Assembly (NCBI GenBank): GCA_963714975.1
Contig: CAVQQD010000002.1
Coordinates: 736,001-800,000 of the forward strand
Reading direction: 5' to 3'
Origin: an uncultured Gammaproteobacteria bacterium
Lineage (GTDB): Bacteria; Pseudomonadota; Gammaproteobacteria; JAURND01
DNA length: 64,000 bases
The notes beneath the pieces were generated by a model, which saw nothing but the letters and a program-made list of their open reading frames with translations, ran no database searches and had not been told where the DNA came from. The position numbers were made by a program, and so were the translations under genes. Shown piece after piece: positions 43,631 through 52,454 of this stretch (position 1 is its first letter; each line of letters begins with the position of its first letter).

Positions 43631-44364
43631 CAGGTAAAATGGCTCTGATTACCGGAGCCAGTCGGGGAATAGGTCAGGCAATTTTGTTGCGACTTGCGCA
43701 AGAAGGGGTTGTGGTTGTCGGCACCGCGACCACACCAGCAGGAGCTGAGGCGATTACCCAGCGTTTGCAGGAGAATAATTATTCCGGCCTGGGGTTTGTG
43801 TTGGATGTCACCAACCCTAGCTCCATTGAGGCCTTGCTGACTGAAATAGAATCCGCTTATGGCGCACCGACTATTTTAATTAATAACGCCGGGATCACTC
43901 GAGACACCTTGTTATTGCGGATGAATGCGGATGATTGGGCTACCGTGATTGATACGAATCTCACGGCAATTTATCGATTATCGAAAGCTTGTTTAAGAGG
44001 CATGATGAAAGCTAAGTGGGGGAGAATTGTCAGCATTAGTTCTGTGGGTGGGTTCGCGGGCAGTCCCGGTCAAGTGAACTATGCAGCCGCTAAAGCTGGG
44101 ATGATTGGCTTTAGTAAATCACTGGCCCAAGAAATTGCTTCTCGTGGTATCACAGTGAATGTAGTCGCTCCTGGGTTAATCGAGACGGATATGTCTGGCG
44201 CTTTATCAGAAGTGCAGCGTGCGCAAATCCTCACTAAAATCCCCTTAAATAGGTCCGGCACGCCTGAAGAAATAGCCGCTGCAGTCGCATTTTTATGCTC
44301 TTTGGATGCCGGGTACATTACTGGCGCCACCTTGCATGTCAATGGTGGATTGTATATGGCATGA
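43621..44364 (+). CDS. fabG: 3-oxoacyl-ACP reductase
   Basis: TGASRGIG, NNAGITRD, YAAAK. Confidence 0.97.
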   Translation: MSIAGKMALITGASRGIGQAILLRLAQEGVVVVGTATTPAGAEAITQRLQENNYSGLGFVLDVTNPSSIEALLTEIESAYGAPTILINNAGITRDTLLLRMNADDWATVIDTNLTAIYRLSKACLRGMMKAKWGRIVSISSVGGFAGSPGQVNYAAAKAGMIGFSKSLAQEIASRGITVNVVAPGLIETDMSGALSEVQRAQILTKIPLNRSGTPEEIAAAVAFLCSLDAGYITGATLHVNGGLYMA

Positions 44365-44387
44365 ACTACATCCCCTCTCCTAGGCAT

Positions 44388-44425
44388 TATTCCTTCTCCC
44401 ACAAGAGGAGCAGGAAGAAGGAATA
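44388..44425. repeat. Degenerate REP family A
   Basis: tattccttctcccacaagaggag..gaaggaata. Confidence 0.65.
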
Positions 44426-44439
44426 GTTTTACGAGGGGC

Positions 44440-44467
44440 TTGCAACTTAACAGCTTTTGAATATACT
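44440..44467 (+). promoter_or_regulatory. Sigma70-like promoter upstream of acpP
   Basis: TTGCAA-N16-TATACT. Confidence 0.5.
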
Positions 44468-44546
44468 CATCAAACATTTTACGGCTCCGTAGCAGTTCCA
44501 TTGCTTCGGGTATTTGCAAAACAACTTAACAAGAGGGATTACGATT

Positions 44547-44795
44547 ATGGCCTCACAATCAATTGAATCGAAAGTTATTGACATTGTGGCTGCACAACTT
44601 GGAGTCGATAAGAAACAAGTTACTCCTGAAGCAGCATTTGTTGATGATTTAGGAGCCGATTCACTCGATACGGTGGAATTAGTTATGGCATTTGAGGAAG
44701 AATTTGGGGTTGAAATCCCAGATCACGATGCCGAAGGCATTAAAACAGTAGGCGATGCATTAGCTTATATCGAGAAACACACGGAGCCAGCTTAA
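44547..44795 (+). CDS. acpP: Acyl carrier protein
   Basis: [13 protein letters not shown]. Confidence 0.98.
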   Translation: MASQSIESKVIDIVAAQLGVDKKQVTPEAAFVDDLGADSLDTVELVMAFEEEFGVEIPDHDAEGIKTVGDALAYIEKHTEPA

Positions 44796-44817
44796 TACAA
44801 AGCATGGGGTAAGATTT

Positions 44818-46053
44818 ATGCAAAAACGCAAAGTGGTTGTGACTGGCTTAGGCATCATATCTCCGTTAGGCCTTTCAGTGAAGGAAACTTGGGATGGGAT
44901 TTTACAAGGCAAAAGTGGTGTTCGCCCCATAACCTCATTTGATGCTAGTCGGCTCACTACTCGCTTTAGTGCTTCAGTCCAAGGCTTCGACCCGGATCAG
45001 TATTTATCCTCCAAAGAATCGCGCAGGATTGATCAATTTATTCAATATGCCTATGCTGCCTCCAAGGAAGCTTTAGAAGACTCAGGTCTGGTGGTGACTG
45101 AAGAAAACTCCCCCCGCATTGGCGTGGCCATTGGTTCAGGGATTGGTGGTTTGCCTTTGATTGAGAAGAACCATGATGCGTTATTAATGGGAGGGCCGCG
45201 AAAGATTTCGCCCTTCTTTATCCCTAGTGCCATCATTAATATGGCTGCTGGCTTTGTTTCGATCAAGTTCAACTTGAAAGGTCCCAATATCGCCATTGTC
45301 ACGGCCTGTACTACTGGTGCGCATAATATTGGCCATGCTGCGCGCATTATTGCTTATGGTGATGCGGATGTCATGGTTGCGGGGGGAGCTGAAATGGCGA
45401 CTACTGAGCTAGGATTAGGGGGTTTTGCTGCAGCCAGAGCTTTATCTACTCGCAATGAGGAGCCTGAAAAAGCCAGCCGCCCTTGGGACAAAGAGCGTGA
45501 TGGTTTTGTCCTTGGAGAAGGCGCCGCCATTGTGATTTTAGAAGAATATCAACATGCGCTAAATCGCGGAGCACCTATTTATGCCGAATTAGCGGGTTTT
45601 GGAATGAGTGCTGATGCCTTCCATATTACTCAGCCGGGAGAAGAAGGTACGGTGCTTGCTATGCAACATGCCTTGCGAGATGCCGGTGTTAATCCTGATG
45701 AAGTTAACTATATTAATGCTCATGCGACTTCTACCCAAGTAGGAGATACTGCTGAAGCGGCTGCTATTAAAAAAGCCTTTGGTTCCGCAGTCAGCAAAAT
45801 TCCCATTAGCTCGACCAAATCAATGATTGGTCATCTTTTAGGTGCTGCAGGTTCTATTGAGGCTATTTTTTGTGTTCTGGCAATTCGCGATCAAGTGGCC
45901 CCCCCGACGATTAATCTAGATAATCCTGATGATGAATTGCGAGGTTTAGATTTGGTTCCCCATCAAGCACGTTCCGAGAAAATTGATATTAGTTTTTCTA
46001 ATTCTTTTGGTTTTGGTGGCACTAATGGCAGCTTGCTTTTCCGCCGTGTCTAA
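44818..46053 (+). CDS. fabF: Beta-ketoacyl-ACP synthase II
   Basis: [26 protein letters not shown]. Confidence 0.97.
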   Translation: MQKRKVVVTGLGIISPLGLSVKETWDGILQGKSGVRPITSFDASRLTTRFSASVQGFDPDQYLSSKESRRIDQFIQYAYAASKEALEDSGLVVTEENSPRIGVAIGSGIGGLPLIEKNHDALLMGGPRKISPFFIPSAIINMAAGFVSIKFNLKGPNIAIVTACTTGAHNIGHAARIIAYGDADVMVAGGAEMATTELGLGGFAAARALSTRNEEPEKASRPWDKERDGFVLGEGAAIVILEEYQHALNRGAPIYAELAGFGMSADAFHITQPGEEGTVLAMQHALRDAGVNPDEVNYINAHATSTQVGDTAEAAAIKKAFGSAVSKIPISSTKSMIGHLLGAAGSIEAIFCVLAIRDQVAPPTINLDNPDDELRGLDLVPHQARSEKIDISFSNSFGFGGTNGSLLFRRV

Positions 46054-47144
46054 TGAGGTACTTACTACTAGCAATTGTAGTTTGCATACTTCTCTCCTCA
46101 GTGACGTGGATCATCTGGCATTTTTTTCGAGAACCCATCACCATAGTGGATAAACCTGCCAGCTTTTTTGTGGCGAAGGGCCAATCGATGGCAGAATTGG
46201 CTTTTGATCTTTATCAGCGCAGAATTATTAAAAATCCTTATTATTTTCTGTTGCGGGCAAAATGGCAGGGACAGCTTAAGCAAATCAAAGCAGGCGAGTA
46301 CATTATTTATCCTGGGACAACTTCAGCAGCACTGCTGCGAAAATTAGTGCGGGGTGAAGTGGTGATGCACAAAATTACTTTTGTTGAGGGCTGGACTTTT
46401 CGGCAATACTTGGAAAATTTAAAGAGTAATCCATCGCTCACCCATACTTTAGCTAATCAATCTTCCGAGCAGATTATGAGTAGTTTAGGACATCCAGGCC
46501 AAAATCCTGAAGGGATGTTTTACCCCAGTACTTATTTATTTGCTTATGGCGTCAAAGACAGCAAGATTTTGCAAATGGCCTACGATTTAATGCAAACGAA
46601 ATTGCAACAAGCCTGGGAAAAACGTGTGCCTGATTTAGCATTAAAGAGTCCCTATGAAGCCTTAATACTGGCTTCAGTGGTTGAGAAAGAAACGGCGCAA
46701 AAAGACGAACGTCCATTAGTAGCTGGAGTTTTCATGCGTCGCTTGGAGCAGAACATACGGTTGCAGAGCGATGTCACTGTAGCTTATGGTATGGGAGATA
46801 ACTTAACTCGCCCCCTGCTGCGTAGTGATTTACGCTTTGATAGCCCTTATAATACGTTCTTGCATAATGGTTTGCCACCCACGCCGATTGCGATGCCGAG
46901 CGAATCTTCCTTAGAGGCCGCCATGCATCCGAGCCAAGGTCGCATGATTTATTTTATGGGTCGGGGAGATGGTACCCATGTTTTTTCTACGGATTGGCAA
47001 GCTCATCAAGCAGCTGTATCTCAGTATCGAGCGACTAAACGTAAACTTGCTTTGGCTTGTCCCCCCGTTCCGCAGTGTGTCTTGGGTGCGTTGTTAATAA
47101 GCTATTGGCGTTCCTTCTCCCCAAGGGGAGAAGGGATATGCTAA
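46053..47144 (+). CDS. mltG: Endolytic transglycosylase MltG
   Basis: EG, LAS.VEKE, SPYNT...GLPPTPI; C-terminus runs into a REP. Confidence 0.93.
   Translation: MRYLLLAIVVCILLSSVTWIIWHFFREPITIVDKPASFFVAKGQSMAELAFDLYQRRIIKNPYYFLLRAKWQGQLKQIKAGEYIIYPGTTSAALLRKLVRGEVVMHKITFVEGWTFRQYLENLKSNPSLTHTLANQSSEQIMSSLGHPGQNPEGMFYPSTYLFAYGVKDSKILQMAYDLMQTKLQQAWEKRVPDLALKSPYEALILASVVEKETAQKDERPLVAGVFMRRLEQNIRLQSDVTVAYGMGDNLTRPLLRSDLRFDSPYNTFLHNGLPPTPIAMPSESSLEAAMHPSQGRMIYFMGRGDGTHVFSTDWQAHQAAVSQYRATKRKLALACPPVPQCVLGALLISYWRSFSPRGEGIC
47111..47136. repeat. REP family A core at the mltG/tmk junction
   Basis: ttccttctccccaaggggagaaggga. Confidence 0.8.
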
Positions 47145-47788
47145 AAAACAAAGGCTATTTCATTACCTTAGAAGGAATAGAAGGCTCTGGCAAAAGCACG
47201 GCATTAGCTTATATGCAACAGTGGTTGACTGAGGCAGGCATTGCTTATTGTGCCACCCGCGAGCCCGGTGGTACCCCGATTGCTGAGGACATTAGGCAAG
47301 TCTTGCTGAAACACCATGAAGAGTCGATGGCGTCTGATACTGAATTATTGTTAATGTTTGCCAGCAGAGCGCAGCATTTGCACACGCTCATTATCCCTAC
47401 CCTAGCTCAAGGTCAATGGGTGATCTGTGATCGTTTTACTGATGCCACCTATGCTTATCAAGGCGGAGGCAGGGGGATTGATAGCACGCGCATTGCCGCA
47501 ATTGAACATTGGGTGCAGGGCAGTTTACGTCCAGATTGTGTTTTTTTATTGGATTTGCCAGTGGAAGTGGGCTTGGCGCGAATTAAAAAACGTTCTACTA
47601 CCGATCGTATTGAACGAGAACAAGCACAATTTTTCACACGGGTGCGAGAAGCCTATTTACTACGAGCACAAGCAGAACCACAACGCCATAAAATTATTGA
47701 TGCCAGTCAAGCCTTACCCGAAGTGCAAAAAAGCATTGCTGCTGGCTTAAATTCGCTGCTGCGAGAATACTCTCATGCTAGAAACTAA
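47138..47788 (+). CDS. tmk: Thymidylate kinase
   Basis: EG.EGSGKST, TREPGG, DRF..AT.AYQG. Confidence 0.97.
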   Translation: MLKNKGYFITLEGIEGSGKSTALAYMQQWLTEAGIAYCATREPGGTPIAEDIRQVLLKHHEESMASDTELLLMFASRAQHLHTLIIPTLAQGQWVICDRFTDATYAYQGGGRGIDSTRIAAIEHWVQGSLRPDCVFLLDLPVEVGLARIKKRSTTDRIEREQAQFFTRVREAYLLRAQAEPQRHKIIDASQALPEVQKSIAAGLNSLLREYSHARN

Positions 47789-48593
47789 GGCAGTCGCTGT
47801 GGTACGCGGTTGCGTAATGACTGATTTACCGCAGGATTTATACATTCCTCCAGATGCCTTAGAGATTTTTTTAGAGGCGTTTGAAGGGCCCTTAGATTTG
47901 TTATTGTATCTGATTCGAAAACAGAACTTAGATGTTTTGGATATTCCAATTGCAGAAATTACCAGGCAATATCAACAATATATTGAGCTGATGCAAGGCT
48001 TAAAATTAGAATTAGCTGCTGAATATTTATTAATGGCGGCTATGCTGGCCGAAATTAAGTCGCGTTTATTACTGCCACGGCTCGCGAGCACTGAGACAGG
48101 AGAAGAAGAGGACCCCCGCGCGGAATTAGTGCGGCGTTTGCAGGAATATGAGCAGTTCAAGCAGGCGGCTGAATTGCTAGATAATTTGCCTCGTGTGGAG
48201 CGTGATATTTATACCGTAGCCATCTCATCGAATACCATTCAGCCAATTAAATCTTTGCCAATAGTTACGTTACAAGAACTTCAGAATGCTCTTACTGATG
48301 TGATCAATCGGGCTAATTGGCGCATACCGCATTTGATCCAACCTGAAGTATTGTCCATCCGTGAGCGGATGGGAAAGATCTTAGAAAGATTAAGCACCGG
48401 AGGTTTTGTGCCGTTCCATCAGCTGTTAGAGAAAATCGAAGGCCGCCTGGGTGTGGTAGTGACCTTAATGGCGATTTTGGAGCTACTGAAACAAACTGCA
48501 ATTGAAATTGCGCAAGCAGATCCTTATGCTCCTATCCATGTAACAAGTTCCTTCTCCCACAAGGGGAGAAGGGATAAGGATAAGGGTTTATGA
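47775..48593 (+). CDS. scpA: Segregation/condensation protein A
   Basis: FEGPLDLLL.LI, EIKSR.LLP, DPRAELV, VVT..AILEL. Confidence 0.95.
   Translation: MLETKAVAVVRGCVMTDLPQDLYIPPDALEIFLEAFEGPLDLLLYLIRKQNLDVLDIPIAEITRQYQQYIELMQGLKLELAAEYLLMAAMLAEIKSRLLLPRLASTETGEEEDPRAELVRRLQEYEQFKQAAELLDNLPRVERDIYTVAISSNTIQPIKSLPIVTLQELQNALTDVINRANWRIPHLIQPEVLSIRERMGKILERLSTGGFVPFHQLLEKIEGRLGVVVTLMAILELLKQTAIEIAQADPYAPIHVTSSFSHKGRRDKDKGL
48548..48574. repeat. REP family A core within the scpA 3' end
   Basis: ttccttctcccacaaggggagaaggga. Confidence 0.85.
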
Positions 48594-48608
48594 AAGGGAG
48601 ATAAAAAA

Positions 48609-49763
48609 ATGGACGACCTATTATATTTAGATGATTTTCTTAGCACTGAAGAGCAATTGATTCGCGATACAGTTAGGAGCTTCGTGCAAGCCGAAGTGTT
48701 GCCATTAATCCCAGATGCTTTTGAAACAGCTCGTTTCCCTCAAGAACTGATTCCCTCGATTGCTGCATTGGGTGTGTTGGGTATGACTCTCCCGGAACAA
48801 TATGGTGGGAGTGGCGCCGGTGCTGTTAGCTATGGTTTAGTTTGTCAGGAGCTTGAGCGCGGGGACAGTGGCTTACGCAGCTTTGTGTCAGTCCAAAGTT
48901 CCTTGTGCATGTACCCCCTGTTTAAATTTGGTTCCGAAGAACAAAAACAGCGTTTTTTACCGGCTATGGCGCGAGGTGAAATCATTGCTTGCTTTGGACT
49001 CACAGAACCTGATGCTGGCTCTGATCCAGCCAGTATGAAAACCTATGCTAGGAAAATTCCCGGGGCTTGGAAAATCAATGGGTCAAAAATGTGGATCACC
49101 AATGCGCCGATTGCCGATATTGCTATCATCTGGGCTAATACTGAACAAGGCATTCGTGGCTTTATTATCGAAAAAGAATTTCCTGGATTTACGCGCAATG
49201 AAATTACCAAGAAACTTTCTCTGCGTGCTTCAGCAACCGGGGAATTAGTCATGGACGATTGCGTGGTTCCTGAGAGTAATTTACTTCCAGGAACTGAACG
49301 TGGTATGGGAGCTGCCTTAAGTTGCCTAACCCAAGCGCGTTACGGCATTGCTTGGGGCGTCATGGGTGCGGCTATGGCCTGCTTTGATGCGGCCTTGTCC
49401 TACACCAAAGAGCGTCGCCAGTTTAATCGGCCCGTAGCTGCTTGTCAGTTGGTGCAGAAAGATTTAGCTGATATGTATGCAGAAATCATCAAAATGCAAT
49501 GCGTGAATTGGCGGCTAGGTCGGCTCAAAGAACAAGGAAAGTTATCTCCAGTGGCCGTGTCATTAGCCAAAATGAGTGCTTGCCAGACTGCGTTGCAAGT
49601 GGCGCGTAAGGCCCGCAATTTATTAGGCGCCAATGGCATTAGTTTAGAGTATCCAGTCATGCGTCATATGGTGAATCTCGAATCGGTGTTTACTTATGAA
49701 GGCACCGATAACATTCATCACTTAGTCATCGGCAAACACCTTACTGGGATGGAAGCTTTCTAG
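48609..49763 (+). CDS. gcdH: Acyl-CoA dehydrogenase, glutaryl-CoA type
   Basis: FGLTEP..GSDP, G.KMWITN, LGANGI..EYPV.RH..NLE.V.TYEGT. Confidence 0.88.
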   Translation: MDDLLYLDDFLSTEEQLIRDTVRSFVQAEVLPLIPDAFETARFPQELIPSIAALGVLGMTLPEQYGGSGAGAVSYGLVCQELERGDSGLRSFVSVQSSLCMYPLFKFGSEEQKQRFLPAMARGEIIACFGLTEPDAGSDPASMKTYARKIPGAWKINGSKMWITNAPIADIAIIWANTEQGIRGFIIEKEFPGFTRNEITKKLSLRASATGELVMDDCVVPESNLLPGTERGMGAALSCLTQARYGIAWGVMGAAMACFDAALSYTKERRQFNRPVAACQLVQKDLADMYAEIIKMQCVNWRLGRLKEQGKLSPVAVSLAKMSACQTALQVARKARNLLGANGISLEYPVMRHMVNLESVFTYEGTDNIHHLVIGKHLTGMEAF

Positions 49764-50982
49764 CCATCCAATTTCGTCCTTCGACCAGTCGGGCAGTTAA
49801 CATACTGCAAACACTATCACCGGTTACATTTAACATCGTTGCTGCAGGATCAATTAAGATAGTAATGGCAGCAATGATAAATAATGCTTGAGGAGGGAAA
49901 CCATAGAGCGAGAGGATTAACACTTCTACCACCATCCCACCACTTGGCATTGTCCCAATGACAGTTCCCACCAACAATGAAATAAATATGGCGCCGATTA
50001 AAATTGACGCACCTGAAAAATCAAGGTGAAAAATACTAAATAAAAAAGCAATCTTCAGCATCCCGGCCATGACCGAACCATCTTTGTGCAGAGTGGCGCC
50101 GAGGACCACTACCGTTTCAGCAATTTCTTCAGGCACCCCCATTTTGGTAGTCGCATGGAGATTGATAGGCAGGGTCGCTGCGCTACTACAGGTGGCTAGT
50201 GACGTTATTATGGGTAATGGAGCATGGGACCAAAAGCTTATTACTGCTGATTTACCCCCGGCCAAGAAAGCGTAGAAACTAATTCCTATTAAAAGGTAGA
50301 ACAATGCGAGAGGATAGAAAAGCAGAGAAACTTGCGCATAATTAGTCAGTAACTTTGGACCAAATTCGCCAATTAATACTGCAAAATAAGCAAAAAACCC
50401 AATGGGGGCATAGAGCATGACATAGGAGACCATTTTCATGGAAATCGCAGCGCCTGAGTGCAAAAACTTTGCAAACGGTTTGCCTTTTTCACCGACCGCC
50501 GCCGTGGCAACACCCATTAATATTGAAAAAATTATTAAGGCTAGAAGGTTGGTTTTGGAAAATAAGTTTATAAAATCAGGGACGGTGAAAATGCTGACCA
50601 GCCGTTCGCCTAGACTGATATTTTCTACTTGGGTAGGCAAATTGAAATTTATTGCAATATTTTGTGGAGGTAAAAAAAATTTTATTCCAATAAGCATAAC
50701 GATAGCGGCAATGATGCTGGTGAATAGAAAAGTAATCAGCATCCGTGAAATCACTTGCAATATCCGCTTTAAGTTGGACATCGCCGCAATGGAGGAAGCG
50801 ACACTAAAAAATATGAGTGGGATCACGATACTGAAAATGAGGTTTAGAAAAATGTCACCCAAGGGTTTTAGACTGACTGCTTTTTCGCCCAGCAGATAGC
50901 CAACGAGGCTTCCCAGTACTATCGCGCTCAATAAAGCGATGATGAGTGTATAGGGTCGAATTTTTTTAAGAAAAATTTCCAA
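49741..50982 (-). CDS. Dicarboxylate/amino acid:cation symporter (DAACS)
   Basis: TCSSAATLP, GATLHKDG, IDP.ATMLNVTGD; multiple TM helices. Confidence 0.92.
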   Translation of the reverse strand: MEIFLKKIRPYTLIIALLSAIVLGSLVGYLLGEKAVSLKPLGDIFLNLIFSIVIPLIFFSVASSIAAMSNLKRILQVISRMLITFLFTSIIAAIVMLIGIKFFLPPQNIAINFNLPTQVENISLGERLVSIFTVPDFINLFSKTNLLALIIFSILMGVATAAVGEKGKPFAKFLHSGAAISMKMVSYVMLYAPIGFFAYFAVLIGEFGPKLLTNYAQVSLLFYPLALFYLLIGISFYAFLAGGKSAVISFWSHAPLPIITSLATCSSAATLPINLHATTKMGVPEEIAETVVVLGATLHKDGSVMAGMLKIAFLFSIFHLDFSGASILIGAIFISLLVGTVIGTMPSGGMVVEVLILSLYGFPPQALFIIAAITILIDPAATMLNVTGDSVCSMLTARLVEGRNWMARKLPSQ

Positions 50983-50994
50983 AACTAAACCCTC

Positions 50995-51744
50995 TCAACG
51001 CTGTAGATCTAAGACCTGTCGGGTAGGCAAAAACATCCATTTCCCTGGCGCTAATGTTTTAGGTAAAGAAATAGATCCAAAACCTAAGCGGATCAAACGA
51101 TTAATCTTTATCCCTTGCGATTCAAATAAGCGCCTGACAATACGGTTGCGTCCTAATTTTAAACTCACTTGATACCAGCGATTTGTCCCGTTACCACTGG
51201 TTGCTTCAATGGAATCAAAAGCAGCCCTACCATCAGCTAAACGTACGCCGGTACGCAACTTGGCTAATGAACCTGCTGAGAGAGCACCAAATAAACGCAC
51301 GGCGTAAACCCGCGCATGGCCGTTACTAGGATGCATCAGGTGATTGGCGAGGGCACCATCATTCGTAAATAATAATAATCCCGAGGTATTGAAATCTAAG
51401 CGCCCTACCATAACCCAGCGACCAATTGGAGGTTTAGGTAGCTGATCAAATACACTTGTCCGTCCTTGTGGATCTGCCTGGGTACATATTTCTCCTACCG
51501 GTTTATGGTAAAGCAACACCGTAGGTAGTGGGGGTCCCTTCTCCTCGGAAGCTCGTCGTCCCGGCATGGATGCCGGGACGACGCTTCCATCCACCCGAAT
51601 TTCACTGGCAGTTGCCTCCACTCGATCCCCTAGCTGAGCTACCTGACCATTAACTTTCACTCGACCGGCCGCAATCCACCCTTCCATTTTCCGGCGTGAG
51701 CCTAAACCACATTGCGCCAATATTTTTTGTAATTTTTCACTCAT
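50995..51744 (-). CDS. rluB: 23S rRNA pseudouridine synthase RluB-like
   Basis: S4 domain EKLQK.LA..G.GSRR, GRLD..TSGLL, GRNR.VRR. Confidence 0.92.
   Translation of the reverse strand: MSEKLQKILAQCGLGSRRKMEGWIAAGRVKVNGQVAQLGDRVEATASEIRVDGSVVPASMPGRRASEEKGPPLPTVLLYHKPVGEICTQADPQGRTSVFDQLPKPPIGRWVMVGRLDFNTSGLLLFTNDGALANHLMHPSNGHARVYAVRLFGALSAGSLAKLRTGVRLADGRAAFDSIEATSGNGTNRWYQVSLKLGRNRIVRRLFESQGIKINRLIRLGFGSISLPKTLAPGKWMFLPTRQVLDLQR
51547..51588. repeat. Palindromic element family E inserted in frame in rluB
   Basis: cgtcgtcccggcat-gg-atgccgggacgacg encoding SVVPASMPGRR. Confidence 0.85.
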
Positions 51745-52309
51745 GTATTTCGTCAACAGGGGATAATATAATCTCGATTTGTCCACCCTTGGTCTCTTTA
51801 AGAGCAGGCAAATCTGCTAAATTTCGCAAATTAAAATAATCAAGAAATTGCTTGGTGGTGGAATATAAAGCGGGTTTGCCAGGAGTTTCTTTATGACCAA
51901 TAATCTTGATCCATTCGCGCTCCAGCAAGCTGCGTAGCGTACTGGAGCTAATACTCACCCCACGGATTTCTTCGATTGCAGCACGGGTAATCGGTTGCCG
52001 ATAAGCAATGAGCGCCAAGGTCTCTAAAAAAGCTCGGGAATAGCGCCCTGGACGATCTTGTAACCAGCGTGCCAACCAAGGCGTTACTTCTTTTTTGGCT
52101 TGAAATCGATAGCCACTGGCCACTTCACGCAACTCAATCCCGCGATTTTGATAATCTTGTGCCAATTCACGCAATAATTCCCGTAATGCTTTGGTTGTTA
52201 ACCCCTGTTCTGGCTCAAATAATTCCGCCAAGCGCTCCACGGACACCGGTTCCTGAGAGATTAATACTGCTGCTTCAATAATGCGCTTAAATTGCTCATG
52301 AGAAGACAT
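51737..52309 (-). CDS. scpB: Segregation/condensation protein B
   Basis: IIEA, LETLA.IAY.QPITR..IE.IRG, PG.P.LY.TT..FL. Confidence 0.96.
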   Translation of the reverse strand: MSSHEQFKRIIEAAVLISQEPVSVERLAELFEPEQGLTTKALRELLRELAQDYQNRGIELREVASGYRFQAKKEVTPWLARWLQDRPGRYSRAFLETLALIAYRQPITRAAIEEIRGVSISSSTLRSLLEREWIKIIGHKETPGKPALYSTTKQFLDYFNLRNLADLPALKETKGGQIEIILSPVDEIHE

Positions 52310-52384
52310 ATTACTGATACCGTCCTTATTTAAACTGCGAATGATTTAAGGAATAGTATCGAATTGGGCTTTAAATGAGAAGAG

Positions 52385-52415
52385 AATTCCTTCTCCCGCA
52401 AGCGGGAGAAGGATT
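52385..52415. repeat. REP family A core upstream of scpB
   Basis: aattccttctcccgcaagcgggagaaggatt. Confidence 0.85.
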
Positions 52416-52454
52416 AATGCTTCAATTTACCCCTCACCCTAAGTGTCAGAACTA

